Shown here: positions 1 to 13,192 of the stretch, piece by piece
How positions within the stretch are numbered: the stretch's first letter is position 1
How the letters are laid out: every line of letters starts with the position of its first letter
Assembly (NCBI GenBank): GCA_001643675.2
Contig: LSRY02000043.1
Location: 310,001 to 374,000 of the forward strand
Direction of reading: 5' to 3'
DNA from: Monocercomonoides exilis PA203
Lineage: Eukaryota > Protista > Preaxostyla
Length of the DNA stretch: 64,000 nt
Notes under the pieces: generated by a model
The model's database searches: none
What the model saw: the letters and a program-made list of their open reading frames with translations, nothing else
What the model was told of the DNA's origin: nothing
Translations under genes and position numbers: made by a program

Positions 1-868
1 AGGCTGGGGCGTGTGGTGGACGAGCCGTTCCAGTCGTATCCGGATCCGCACAATCACTTCATTACGCTGCCGCCGCATGCGATGGCGAAGCAGCTGCAGA
101 AGAGAGAAGGGAAGGAAGAGGAGAGTCTGGTGGCGCAGGCGCTGGAGGCGGGGTCATCGATGGACAAGACTTACTTGATGTCTCTGGAAGTGGTATGCAA
201 TCAAATTCGAATTTTTTTTTTCTTTTTTTTTTCTTTTTCTTTTTCTTTTTTTTTTTTTTATTCTCTTTTTATGAAAATTGATTTATATTCTGAATTATTC
301 ATCTGCTTTTCTTTTTCTACAGAGCCCCAAATCACCTTATCTTTTGGCAAAATGGATGGAAGGATTGGGAATTCATTTGTCTTCTCCTTTTGCCTTGGAT
401 GCTCCAATCATTCACGAGGTGTGCTTTTCCTTTGTTATTTACAAGTTCTTTCATTTCTTTCGTTTCATTTATTTTTCCCCATAAAAAAAATGAATAATTT
501 TCTTTTCTTTTCTTTTCTTTTTTCCTTTCCTTCTTTCTTATTTTAATTTTTTATTTTATTTTATTTTAATGGACAATCAACATATTTGTCATGTTCTTCA
601 ACAGATGGGAAATGGAGTTATACTCTGTCGACTTGTCTCAGCTCTCGAGCACAAAGACATTCCTGGCTATACAAAAGATCCTACTTCCACAGCAGCTTAT
701 TTGCACAACATCCGCAAGGCACTTGAAGTTCTGGTGAAAAAGCGCACTTTTCCATTGAGCTACATCGCATCTGAAAAGGAGATTATGGAAGGACATCAAA
801 CTATTATTCTTGAATTATTAGAGGACATTAGAAAAGCTTATGGACAGAGGTTTGCAATTAATCGTTAA
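1..868 (+). CDS. 3' part of a gene with a C-terminal calponin-homology (CH)-like domain; 5' end lies outside the window
   Basis: Exons <1-192, 323-418, 605-868 join in frame through GT-AG introns: ...LLAKWMEGLGIHLS..HE|MGNGVILCRLVSALEHKDIPG...LHNIRKALEVL...EIMEGHQTIILELLEDIRKAY*. The 'NGVILCRLV', 'NIxxAL' and 'I..G....IL.LL' motifs are typical of CH domains. Confidence 0.7.
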
Positions 869-1130
869 ATTATTGAGCTTCTCATCTTATTTGATATTTT
901 ATATGAATTGACTTTGTCAATTTAGTAGTTCTCATATAAGTCGGCACAAGTTATCAAAATCAGCAACTCTAACAATTCCACTTTAATTTTCTGGACAATT
1001 AATATGTCCGTGTAATGTTTAAATCCTTGCTTGTTTTTTTTAAAGTACATTTCGTAATTTATTTTCCATGATTTAGAATATGGAGTTATTATTGTTTGCT
1101 ATAAAACCTTTATTTTTTATTGAAATTTTT

Positions 1131-1579
1131 ATGGCTGCAATAACTCCCGTTGATGCGGAAAGAGTTGCATCTGATATATCTAAGCAACTTACTGCTATCA
1201 TTTCAGATGTTAACAAAATACTTCATGAAGTTTTGAGTTTCATTAACAACAAACATTTTAATTTTTGTATTCTTTTTTTTAATTTTGTGAAAGGATTGCA
1301 AAATCACAGGTGCCCACATGGACCTGTGCAAAGTTTCAATGGAAGAACTATTGGCGGAGCTTTCAGAAGATGCAACACAAATGGAGGGCTTCATTTTTAA
1401 GATGCAACAGCTTCTGACCGAACTGAACAGTGTTGAAACTCTAGCCGTTAAACTGTGTGAAATTTTTTCTTCATTTAATATATTTATTTTTAATAACACA
1501 AATGCGATTGCGAATTTTTAGAAATGAAATTAAGGAGACTTTAGGAACATTGGAAAATTTAGCAATGCAAATTCTTTAA
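1131..1579 (+). CDS. Small coiled-coil protein, BORC/BLOC-1 subunit-like (BORCS6/BLOC1S3 family)
   Basis: Exons 1131-1229, 1294-1454, 1522-1579 give MAAITPVDAERVASDISKQLTAIISDVNKILHEDCKITGAHMDLCKVSMEELL...FKMQQLLTELNSVETLAVKLNEIKETLGTLENLAMQIL*. The C-terminal pattern recalls 'KCEEL..SM..V..LA.QIK.IK..LD.LE' of BORCS6. Family call is from memory. Confidence 0.5.
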
Positions 1580-2560
1580 AAATTTGGCATTTCTTGTTTT
1601 ATCCATTTCATTGTTTGAACTTTTTGTTAGATATTTTTACGTCTGAATTTTCAAATTGCAAACATTAATTTTTGTGTTGAGTTGAAAGCTAAAATAAATT
1701 GAATCATGATGAGCTCAATAAAGATTTCCCTTCTTTAAAACCTTCTGGCTGATTCTCAATGATTATTTTCGCAAAAACGTTCTATTGTGATGGATTTCAC
1801 ATTTTTTCAGATACTTTTTCATTTTCTTTATAAATGGCTCATATCAAAAACATGTGACAAATGAAATTTTTCAAAATTTAAAATTGATGACTTGAAAAAC
1901 AAACGTTTTCTTTATAAAAACGTCAAATGAAATTCGTTATTGATTACAAAGAAAATACGTTCATTTATGTCACTTCAAAATTTACATTGATCAATCAAAA
2001 ACCTTTCTGAAGAATGAAACTAAAATTCGCAACACATGCAAACATTTATTTTTGAAGTAATGAATCAAATAATATCAAACTTCTTCAAATTTTCTAACAT
2101 GTATATTCAAAAAATAACCACTTAAAAATTTAAATTTTCTTTTATTTTTGTTATCAATGATTTAAATAAACTTCAACGAAAATGAAAACAATAACCTCTC
2201 CCTCAAAGTTCAGATAAAATAACTGCGAATAATTTGTATTGTTACAAATGTGCTAAACAAAACTATAAAGAAATGAAAAACAAAAAAGAAAAATCTCGAA
2301 AATCATAAAATTATGAATTTCAAAATATTTTCTGAAGAGCTTCACTGAATTATTGTGAAATGTATTCTTTCAAATTTTGGTTCATCTCAATAAGACTGTA
2401 TTTGACTGTTTGTTGAATTTTCCTGCGAAAATCGACTTTTTCATAAACACAGAATCATTCTCAAAACAATTTCAATTGTGATTTTTAGCCGAAGCATTCA
2501 TCAGAGAAAAGCAAAACGTAAATGCTTAAACTGTATGCAATTACAGGACATATCAGAATG

Positions 2561-3528
2561 TTATACCATGCTTTGGAGAGGAGGTGCAGGAGGAGCAGTG
2601 GAAGGAACAGCCGGAGAGGAAGTTACATAAGAAGAAGAGGAAGAACTAGCTGAAGACGAACTCATTTGCATCTGTTGCTGTGCATAAGGATTAACTGTTG
2701 TGGTTTGATTAATTGTTGAGCTTTGTGACAAAGCTGCTTTTGAATTATCGTCTAAAAAGTTATCTTGCTTGAATTTCTTTAAAGTTAAAAAAACAATACC
2801 CAACAAAAACAAATGCGAAAATTCTTTCAAGAAAAAAACAAACTTCTTTTATTGCTTGCTCATCTTCATCTTTTTTGCAAAGTGAAACAATAAAATAAAC
2901 TATTCCTATAACAAGTGACCATATCCCTGTTGCTATTCCAGGCCATTTTTGTCCTCCAATTTCTACTCCAAAAGAAAGAGATCCAGCACTTTTTAAATGG
3001 TATATTTTTTTTAACAAAGTTTAAAGGGGAAAAAAATAACATACAAAGCCATGAATATTGCACGATATGCCCTCGTCAATAGGAAAGGAAAAGATTTCAA
3101 AAATCTGTACCATTTAAATTCTGCAAAGAAAATTAGTCCTCCAAAAAAGCTGAAAAAATCATTTCATTACAATTGCAAATCATAATCTGAACATACATTA
3201 AGTATAATCCAAAGAATATGGACACAAGGCGAAAAGTCTTAAAAAATGCAAATGAAAGGATTCCAACAGCAATTAGCAAAGGCCCAGTGATCAAAACAAG
3301 AGTTTTCAATAATACAAGAAACGCAGCAAAATAATCTGGTGTAGAACTAGTTTTCTGTGGTGCGGGGTTCTGTTGAACAGTAGTTGGATAAGTAGCTTGA
3401 GCAGGTGCAGCAACAACAGCAGAAGAAGAAACAAGAGGTTCAGCTTGCATAGACTGCAACTGAGGTGGAGAAGAAGCAGGCAAAGGAGGCGGTCGTGTTG
3501 GTGGTGGTAAAATAGTTGGCTGAGACAT
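2561..3528 (-). CDS. COPI-associated / Golgi membrane protein TVP15-like
   Basis: Four exons: Pro-rich N-terminus, then ...IFFGLYLIFFGGLIFFAEFKWYRFLKSFPFLLTRAYRAIFMA..GSLSFG...GIWSLVIGIVYFIV. The 'F.FL....R..F..F.G.L' signature with 3-4 TM helices matches the COPI_assoc family. Confidence 0.75.
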
Positions 3529-4461
3529 TTTATATAAAATGAAAAAACCAAAAAGAAATTCTTTACGATCTAAGTATAATTTGATTGAAAAAAGACTTAA
3601 ACTGCCCCATAAACAAATAATAAATTTTCTGATAACGTTCGAGAAATACTTAAAAAAATGATTTAATGAAGTTTATTTTAGAGATTACTCTGTGATAATG
3701 AAAATGATTGTCCAAAAAATTGTGAAATAATGGAAATATCATTGTTTTGATGAAACTCCAATTATTAACTTAAATTTTTGAAATGAATTATAAAAAACAA
3801 AAATGAATAAATCAAACCAGAATAAATTGTTTGTTACTTTTTTTATGTGTAAAATCATTCTCATTTCGTATCCAAACAACTGCAAATGTTATTGAAAGCC
3901 ATTCAGAATAACGATTTCTTAATTTTTAAATTATTTTAGCACAACTTTGAACCAAATAACCATTCAACCGACTATTTTTGATTAATACGAAATAAATGGA
4001 AAGTTAAAAAAATGAGTAAAAGAAAAGAAAAAAAGAAAGTTTAACGAAAAAAAAATTGAAGTATCTAATGTTTTCTTCTATATATATATATAATTAATCC
4101 TTGCTGAGTAGCCGAAGCAAAGACAAGATTTTAACATGAAAAGAAATTCATACAAAAAATTTCAATTTGCAAAAAAGATCAATGGGAAAAAAAATTACAA
4201 GTAAAATAACTGAAAAAAAGAATTGTTAACCACAACAAGAAAGCTATATTTCTTCATAAAATAGCGAAAGAAAATAACAATAACAATAACAATAACAATA
4301 CGACCATTCAGTTTGGCAATTGTTAACATAAAAGTTGGAAAAATTACATAGTCAAAAATAAAATAAAATAAATTGAAGGGAAAATGAAGAAAAATTGAAT
4401 TAAATAGCAGAGAAGACAACAAAGCATAACCTTTGTTACAAACATTATCAACAGAAGCACA

Positions 4462-7400
4462 TCATTTGCTGCTTGGAAGCGAAACATCATTCGTTTGAGG
4501 TGAAGAAAAGGCTTCAATTGAAGAAGAAGAGGGAGATGATGATGATGAAATAGAGGAAGAAGAAGAATTAAAGGAAGAAGAGGAGGAAGACGAAGAAGAT
4601 GCAGAAGAAGAAGTCGAAGAAGAAGAATGGCAACAACGATCAGCAGAATCAGAAATCACACCCCCATCAACAATCTCATCTCCTTGCAATGCCATCAAAC
4701 GAGGAGGAGTCACAGGAACACATTCATCTTCACAGCAAGAGACAAGATGAGAGTGTGAATGCACAAGCGACTGGTGGAAAGAGGCAGAAGGAGAGAGGGA
4801 GGAAGAGGAAGGCCCACGATAGAGAGAGAAAGCTGAGTTCTTCCGGGCGAAGAGAAAGGGCATGGAAGGATGGGCGAAGGAAGAGGAGGAGGAGGAAGAA
4901 GAGAAAGAGGAGGAAGGGATGAAGGCAGAGAAAGAGGAAGGGAGAGAGGAAGAAGGAAGAGAAGAGGAAGGAAGATGGGAAGTGCTGAGAGAGTTGGAAG
5001 GGATTGATGTGGAGCGGGAGTGCTGTGAAGATAAGTTTGTGTTTATAGAAGAAGGGGAAGAGGAGGAGGATGATGATGTGGAAGAAGTAGAAGAAGCTGA
5101 AGAGGAAAAATGTTTCGGTTTTGGCAGATCTGCTGGATGAAGCGAGGAAACAGAAGAAGCCATGAGTCCTGCCTGTGTTGTGTTCAAACAGACAGACTTG
5201 CTCTGAAACCTCAAGCCACCACGCGCCTTGCGAGCTGGCTTCAATTCATTAGTCTTTGAAGTGTCTCCATTGTTTGGCTTTCCCTCTATTCCTTGTGTGA
5301 AGCCATTGATATTATTGATGCTATTGCTGTTATTATAATTATTTTGTTTGTTATTATTATCTTTTTCATTGTTATTGTCATTTCCATTGATATAACCTTC
5401 ACCTCTTGTTTCTTCTCTTCCATCTTCCACCTCTTTCTCACAGCCATCTCTATCACTCTGCTTATCTTCTCTATACATTCCATGGTCATTTAATAGCCCT
5501 CCCCCTGCTTTCTCATAACGTGCTCTGTAATAACTCTCATTGTCGCTCGCACTATCGCTTTCATCTGTGCCTTTTCCTTCTTCTCTTTCCCTTTCTCCCC
5601 TTCTTTCTTCTTTATCTTCTCCTTCTTTATTTTCTTCTTCTTCTTCTTCTTCCCTATAATTATCGTCATCATCATAACTATCATCATCACACTCACTTTC
5701 ATCATCATCATCATCATCATCGCTATCACTTCCATCTGAAGACGAAGGAAACAGCTCATCTTCATCGTCTGAGGTTAATGTGTCCGAATCCCCAATATCG
5801 TTATTCCCTCCAATTATGTGTATTGTATTCCCTTTCACCTCCTCATCTTCCTCCTCCACTTCTTCGTCTTCATACTCATTTATTTCCTCTTCCTCGTCTT
5901 CCTCTCCTTCATCGCTGTGCTCATAATCTCTTTCTCTTTCTCTTCTATTGATCCTTTCATAATACCAATCCCTCGCCTTCATCCTCCTCCTCCTTCTCCT
6001 TCTTCTCCTCTTCCTCCTCGCCACCCCGATTTCTTTCCCTCCTTCCTTCCCATCCTTCACATCCTTCACATTTGCTTTCCTCATCGCCTTTGTCATCGTC
6101 ACCATCGTCGTTGCTGACTGCTCCTCCACCCTCGCCTTCATCCTCTCCTTCCTCTCTGCCCTCCTCCTCCTCCTCTCCTCCCTCTCCTCTTTCTCTTTCC
6201 TTCTCAGCCTCATCCTCATAATCCTCTTCCTCACTCTTGCCCCTTCTTCATCCTCTGCTTCCAATCGCTCAGCCATTCGCTTCCACTTCAAAAGCACCAG
6301 CTTCTCTTTCTCTGCCTCACTCGCCCCAAACATGAAGAAGTTATACGGTTCGGTTGGATGATTTGGAATTAGCATCTTTTGTTGTTGCTTCTGTTGCTGT
6401 TGATGATGATATTGATATTCTTGCGTGTTTGCTGTGTTATTGAGTGAATTCCCTTCCTTCTGATTGAAGATGTGCTGAGTGACAACTGGAATGCATTCAG
6501 TCGATTGCTCATCTCTTTCTGTCAATCTATTATTATTATTATCTTCTTCTTCTGCTGCTGCTGCTTCTGCTTTTTCCTTTGTAACAAATTTACCATTCAT
6601 TCCTTGTGTTTCATTGCTTCCACTTGTAAAATGGACTTTCATAATCTGCTTGGCATCTGTTCTATCAGAATCAATTGCTTCTCTTTCTCCTCCTTCCCTC
6701 ATCAAAGGTGTTGTATCTTCCACTTCTGTTTCTATTTCATTCTCATCATCATCATCATCATCATTATCTCCTTCTCCTTCTTCTCTTCCTTCTCCTTCTT
6801 CTCTCTCCTTCACCATCTCCATCTCCTCCATCTCCTCCCACGCCACCTCCCTCTCCTTCTCCATCTCCTTCCACCGCTGGAACTCATCAAACGGAGTTGG
6901 ATGTAATGAAACGTCCGTGATTGTCACAGAATCTGGCTGGAATTCAAAGGACAGCCGGCGAAAGTCCACAAACGGCACAACAGCAATGGGCACATGGAGA
7001 GAAGAAGAAGAGACAGAAGAAACAGAAGCGATGGAAGAAGAGGAAGAGCGGGAAGGAGCAGATGAGTGGAGCCGGCTGCTGGCAGAGCTGGAAGGCGTTA
7101 AAGCGGAAGGTGACTTGGAAGGCTGTGCAGAAAGTGGAGTGTTGGAGAAAGAAGGATGGTTTGCGATTGTGGTTGTGGTGGCTGTTGTGGAAGGCTGGAG
7201 AGAAGGAGAAGATGAGGAGAGGGTGAGGGAGAGGGAATGAGAAGAGGTAGAAGATGCCACTGAAGAAGATGAGGGCATTGACATGAGAGATGTGGATGAG
7301 GTTGGATGGAACGGGAAGACTGCTAAAGGATTGTTAATGGGAAATGGCTTCTGTTCAGATTGATGTTTGATTTTTGGTGAATGTGTCGTTGAGGAGAAAG

Positions 7401-8485
7401 AAGAAGAAGAAGTTGAAGAAGATGATGATGATTGCAACGAGGAGAGAGGCAGATGCGAATAAGACGCTGGAGAAGATTCGCAGCAAGCAGAAGTCGATGA
7501 AAATGGAGTGATTAGACAAGTTGTGGAATGAGCAGGGGAGGAATTACAGAGAACGCTCGATGAGTTCATCAAAGAAGAGCGAGAGGAAAGATGAGAAAGA
7601 GACAGAGACGATGTGGATGCAGAAGACATAACCGATGCGGAAACACTGGACGATGAGACATTCGCTACAATAGATGACTTTCCATTGCTTTGCTCAGCGT
7701 GTGATTGAAGATTCAATTCACAAACAGGTTTATTTGAAAACTCCGCACAGGGCACTTCGGTTGTCTGAACAGCCGTGTTCGCATCAATAATGTGTTCTTC
7801 TGGAAGCGGAGGCTTAAATATCGCAAATAAGTCTGGATGAGGAAGAGGTGGAATGGTTGGAATATGAATTGAAGCAACTGCTGTTTGATCATTTGACAAT
7901 TCGAATGCAGGAACAGGAGTGATTGTCATTACTGCGCCTATTGAAGAAATAGTTGTCATGCTTTCTTCATTGGACTTCGGTGGAGTGATTCTCAATGGAG
8001 GGGATTGATTCTGTCCAAGAGGTAGCGTTTCTGGATCGATGGAATCTTTATCTGGATTTGTGCATTTTGGAGCAAATAATGAATGAATCAGTAAAATTAT
8101 GTATGAGAACACTCCAAGAATACAAGAAAAAATGTAGAAAAGTAAAGACAGAGCAAAAGACGTTGCCAAAAATAATCCTGATGGAAGAAGTAAAATGGCT
8201 GAAATAATCATTAATATCAGAGAAATCAGAGGAGCTCTAAAACAATGCTTTATTCAAAAACAAAAATTGATCTTGAACACACCTTTTAATCTTACGATTG
8301 TTGTATTGTTGATTGGGATTATAGCAAGGAATAACGATGCCACAATTAACAATGTCAACGCCAACCAAAATCCAAAATGAATATAAGATTCCAAGAATCA
8401 CGAAGGCAATGTACATGCATGCAAATATAATTGTTAATGAAAAGACGGGGCAATTGCATTTTTTGTTTTTGAGCAATTCAGACAT
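4462..8485 (-). CDS. Hypothetical ~1,320-aa protein: N-terminal TM helices, then Ser-rich, Glu/Asp-rich and Arg-rich low-complexity regions
   Basis: ORF 8237-8485 joins ORF 4462-8211 through a 46-nt GT-AG intron (8282-8237), giving ...KIKR|APLISLILMIISA... No recognisable domain. Confidence 0.65.
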
Positions 8486-8864
8486 TATTCAAAATACGCT
8501 ATTCCTTTGAGCAATATTCAAATACTGATTCCATACAATTAAATATTAAATTAAAGATTCAAAATATTTTTTTTTGAAAAAACTGTGTGGCATACGCATG
8601 ATGATAAAAATTATTGTTTAACAGTTGTTTGATCTAATGTTTTGGCTTTTGGTTCATCCCATTTTGTGAGTGTTTTGTGCTCTTGTTGATCAAGGCTATT
8701 TTTTTTCGAACAAAGTGTGTTTTTTATTTCTTACAGCACTCTCAATGTTAAATTTTGTTTATTTATTGCTTCATGTTTTATGTTGTTATACTCATTTTTT
8801 CTTGACAAAAAATATTTTCTAAATTTAATGTTATGTACTTATTGTTTTATTTACAAGAGAGTAA

Positions 8865-10187
8865 ATGTCATCAACTATCAGTAAAGTCGGTCTAAAGTTT
8901 TCTGAAAAATATTACCAAACATTAGAGCAGAATCCAGCCGAACTCTCACGCCTGTATGAAACTAACGCTGTTGTTGTGATTGAAGACGAGTCAACAAGCA
9001 AAGTGATGGATGGTGAGGCTCAAATCGAAGCAGGATTTTCCACAATGCAAGCAAGACATGCGGATGTTCGCTTTGTAAAATCAACTGGTTTCGGCAATCA
9101 GGTGCTTATCAGCATTGATGGTTCAATGAACCTGGTGTCTAATCCAGATGTTGTCAATAATTTTACTCATGCATTTGTTTTGCAGCAAAGACCAGATGAC
9201 AGAAAACGCTTTTTTGTTATTCGCGAGATTCTTCATATCTTTCCAGTCGTCGTTAAGAAGATTCAGGTCAGTGCCCCTGCACAAACTCAAGCTTCAGGAA
9301 TAGAACAATCTCAAAGCACCAGCGGAGAATCACAACCTCATACTTCTTCTCCTTCACCAACGTCTGGAAAGCCTTTTATTGCTCCTCAGTACATCAGAAC
9401 CCCAAGTGTGGCGCGTTCTATTCATGTTTCTTTATTAGAAAGAAATAATGCTCAGCTTACTCAACAAGATTTGTTGAGTGCGCTGAAGGAGTTTGGGAGA
9501 GTTTTATGCATTGACGTAATTGAATCTAAGAAAGTAGCAGTTGTCGAATTCGCTGAGGAATTAGAAGCATTGAATGCTGTGAAAAACTGTGAAAGAGTGA
9601 GAGTGAATGGAGAAAGAGTTATCATAAGAATGAAAAAAGATGCTGCAACATCTTATCCTCAAATCCCCTCTCATATTTCTGGCGCACCGTCAGCAGGAAG
9701 CAGCTCCCCAGCCGCTGCATCATCATCTGCATCTCCATCGAACTCATCAACGAGTGGAATTACGTCTCCAACTGTTTATGCTCCTTTGCTTTCTTCTTCT
9801 GCTGCTTCAACAAACTCGACCACTTATTCTTCTAAAGCTTCACCAATGGCATACAATCCGTCTCGTAAGCCTTATGCATCACAGGAACCTGCATTGCTAC
9901 CAATTCCAACATCTCAAAATACTTCTTCTCCTTCTGCAACACCCTCCACTTCTGCTGCTTCTGCTTCATCACCAACGTCATATTCATCACCAGCTGCCTC
10001 TGCCTCAGCTTCTGCATCTTCGTCTCCTTCAACATCATCACCTGTGACGAGTCAGCCAATTGCCGGTGCAGTTGTTGGAGGGAGAGCGGTTCCTCCGGCA
10101 GGCTCTTCTGTTCCCAGCCGAGGAGGAAGAGGTGGCGGAGGGTGGAGAGGAAGAGGATGGAGAGGAGGAAGAGGAGGAAGATGGTGA
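8865..10187 (+). CDS. G3BP/Bre5/Nxt3-like RNA-binding protein (NTF2 + RRM + RGG)
   Basis: Single exon. NTF2-like start (VGLKFSEKYYQTLEQNPAELSRLY...FTHAFVLQ...FFVIREILH), RRM (SIHVS...LKEFGRV...VAVVEF) and C-terminal RGGRGGGGWRGRGWRGGRGGRW. Confidence 0.85.
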   Translation: MSSTISKVGLKFSEKYYQTLEQNPAELSRLYETNAVVVIEDESTSKVMDGEAQIEAGFSTMQARHADVRFVKSTGFGNQVLISIDGSMNLVSNPDVVNNFTHAFVLQQRPDDRKRFFVIREILHIFPVVVKKIQVSAPAQTQASGIEQSQSTSGESQPHTSSPSPTSGKPFIAPQYIRTPSVARSIHVSLLERNNAQLTQQDLLSALKEFGRVLCIDVIESKKVAVVEFAEELEALNAVKNCERVRVNGERVIIRMKKDAATSYPQIPSHISGAPSAGSSSPAAASSSASPSNSSTSGITSPTVYAPLLSSSAASTNSTTYSSKASPMAYNPSRKPYASQEPALLPIPTSQNTSSPSATPSTSAASASSPTSYSSPAASASASASSSPSTSSPVTSQPIAGAVVGGRAVPPAGSSVPSRGGRGGGGWRGRGWRGGRGGRW

Positions 10188-10853
10188 CTGCGCAGCGAAG
10201 CGAACAACGAAGAGAGGGAAGGAGTGGAGAGATAGAACAAGGTATAGAAGAGATTGCGTTTTTATTAAACAAATTCTGAGAAGAATTGAAGGAAGAGTTG
10301 TTAATAAAGTGAAAAAAATTTTTTTCGCGTTGAAGTTACAAATAATTTGAGGAAATTGAAGAATCGGTTTTTTTGCGATGAATTGACGGAGTGTGGAAGG
10401 TAATTGCGTATGAAGATGCAACTATAATTATCAATGAGTTCGTTTCTTATTTAATATTTATCTCAAAATTGTAGATTAAATTAGTTGTTATGTTAATATT
10501 GTTTAAAATGGAGGCGTGCTGATGATTAATGTTGTTTTCTTCATATTTCGATTTAATCATTTTTGCAATCACTATGAATTTTTTGTGAGTAGATATATTT
10601 TTATCTCTCATCAAGATTAATAGATTTCCGAAATTGAAGTAAATTCATATTTGTCCATTTTTTATGTTTTGTGGTTAAAAAATGTCTAATCTCATATTTC
10701 CTGTAATTCTAAAATTTTAAACCACATACGTTACATAAGATGGTGCATGTGAGGTATTTTCAAATAATTTCAATGTTTTGAGAAACGATAAATCAGTTGA
10801 TTTTGAGATTTTGATACATAATAAAATCTTTAAACGCTTTTCTTATTTCTTAA

Positions 10854-13032
10854 ATGGAAAATGACTTTCCCGTTCTGCCAATTCCATTTGATCTTGAATA
10901 CACCTATATAATAGAGATTGTAAAGTTTGTTTTCAAATTTTCTTTTTTTTTTAAATTGACGGAATTTCAAAACAATAGAAAGAATGCTTTTTCTTTTGTT
11001 GCACTTCAACTTCCAGAAGGACTTCTTCAACATTCGGTAAAAATTGTTCAATATCTCACAGAGTTTGATCCTTTGATGTTTATTAAAAGAAAATGAAATT
11101 GTTTTTCAAAGAAAAACCAATGCAGAATTTTTTGTTCTTGGGGATGTTTCATATGGAGCCTGCTGCATTGCTGATAGATATGCTTCAGAACTTGGTGCAG
11201 ACGCTATATTTCATTTTGGGCATCATAAGCTCAGTGTGATTGACAAGTTTTTTCTCATGTTTCATTTGTTGCTTGCATAGTTGACGAATCTGTGATACCT
11301 GCTTTCTATATTCCATGCTTTTATGTAAACGAAAGAGATGCTGCAAATATAAAACTTTTGAAATCTTTGCTAGAAGAAAATTTCAAGTCCACTGACAGAA
11401 TTGCTCTTCTCACGACTGCCCAACATTCAAAAGCACTTACGGTTTGAGCTCCAAATTTGAGTTCTGATGATTCTGTCATATTGTATTTGTTTTGTGCTTT
11501 CTTTTTTTTTTTTTCTTTCTTTTTTCTTCTTCAGGATTTTGTTAAATCATGTGAAAAATCAGAAAATGATTCAAAATTACCAAAGATATTTCTTCCTTCA
11601 AATCCTCCTTTGCCAGATGGTGAATTTTTGGGATGCACCTGTCCTTCTCTTAAAAATAGCGCAGATGGTATTATTTTTGCACACTTAAATTTTGAATGCT
11701 TACAATTTGTTTTTCTGAACATTTTTTAATTTAATGTTTTTTTTCTTTAAATAAAAACATGAATTTACTTTAATCCAGCTATTGTCTGCTTTGTAGATGG
11801 AAGATTCCAAATGGATGCTGCCATCCTCGCTAATCCAGATGTGCCTGCATATAGATTTGATCCTGAGACACAGAAATTGACAAAGGAGTTTATTGAAATA
11901 GAAGCATTTACGAAGTTTCGAAAGTATGGAAAAAGTTGAATTTTGGATATCAAAAAACAGAAATTATATTTTTACGATGCATGCAAAATGTTTATTACTT
12001 TGGTTATTTTAAATGTTTGAATCTTGTTGGATTGTATAATTTTCCTCTTCAAATCTTTTGTTTGCTTGCTTCAATTTTTTATCCCATTTCCACAGAAGTC
12101 TGATTGAAAAGGCTAGAAAATGCAACAGAATTGGTGTTGTAAGTTCATTATTAGGAAGACAATGTAATTCTGTGACTCTTCAGGTGTATAGCCACAAAGC
12201 TTTATTCAAAATAACTTTCTGTTTCAAATAATTATAATTTCAAATTTTTATTCTTGTCAAAATAAATTAATACTATAAGCTTATTCAACATGTTATGGAC
12301 GAATGGGTTACTCAGTCTCCTTCAACGCATTCTGTCACATACGCTTCCTTTTCTGACGTTTCTTCAGAAAACCTTTGTTCTGTTCGTGCTTCTTCTTCTT
12401 CTTCAGGCGATCAGTTGAAGAAAGAACAACAAACCTTATCATCTTCCACATCTCCTTCCAATTCACTTTCATCTTCATCAACTTCATCCTCTTCCTCCTC
12501 TTCTTCCTCTTCTTCCTCTTCTTCCTCTTCTTTCTCTTCTTCCTCGTCTGATTCTATTCAGTGCTGGGTCGTTGTCGGATGTCCGCGGCTTTCTCTTGAC
12601 TGGTCTCTGTCTTTGGACGATTCTTTCATTCTTCTCACTCCTTCTGAAGCACTATTAGCTTTTGGGGCTGTCAGCAAGAAGATTGAGAGTGATCTCAGCA
12701 ATTCTGACGCAAATTTGGAATCTGCTTCAGATGAATGTCAAAAGGAAAATGAAAAAGTTGGAGACATTGTGGATTTCTCTTCAACTCAAACGGTGGCTGA
12801 CTCTCCATCGGCTTCAACTGTTCCATCTTCAAACGAAGGAGGTTCTTTGAAAGATGAAAGAAGTAATAGTATACCTTTGACTCTCGCCCAATACCTTCCT
12901 GTAATGAATCATTGGTCCAGAGGAGGCTGTGGACATCCAATTGTTTCAAAAAAATCTACGGGACAGAAAAGCATATCAGTTGTTTTTGCTGATGGCAAAT
13001 GTTTTTCAAGAGATATCGAAGATATCAAATGA
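10854..13032 (+). CDS. DPH1: Diphthamide biosynthesis radical-SAM enzyme subunit Dph1
   Basis: Eight exons give VALQLPEGL, LGDVSYGACCI, FHFGH, GEFLGCT, DGRFQMDAAILANP, AYRFDP, LLGRQ and GCPRLSLDW. All three Fe-S cysteine motifs are present. Confidence 0.9.
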
Positions 13033-13192
13033 AAAAAAAACTTTAAAATTTTCTTAAATGTGAAATTCATAGAATAACTATTTTTTCCTTTAGCTATGAA
13101 AATACCAATCAAATTTTCACTGCTAAACTGAGATATACAGAAAGAAAAATAATTGCAAACAATGAACACCCTTAATATAGTTTTGGCAAATC

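Noticed and set aside
8598-8670. ATGATGA plus TTGGTTCATCCCA, similar to an antisense of an LSU rRNA motif, as a C/D snoRNA
   Set aside because: No CTGA box directly after the putative guide and no terminal stem; it lies in a divergent promoter region.
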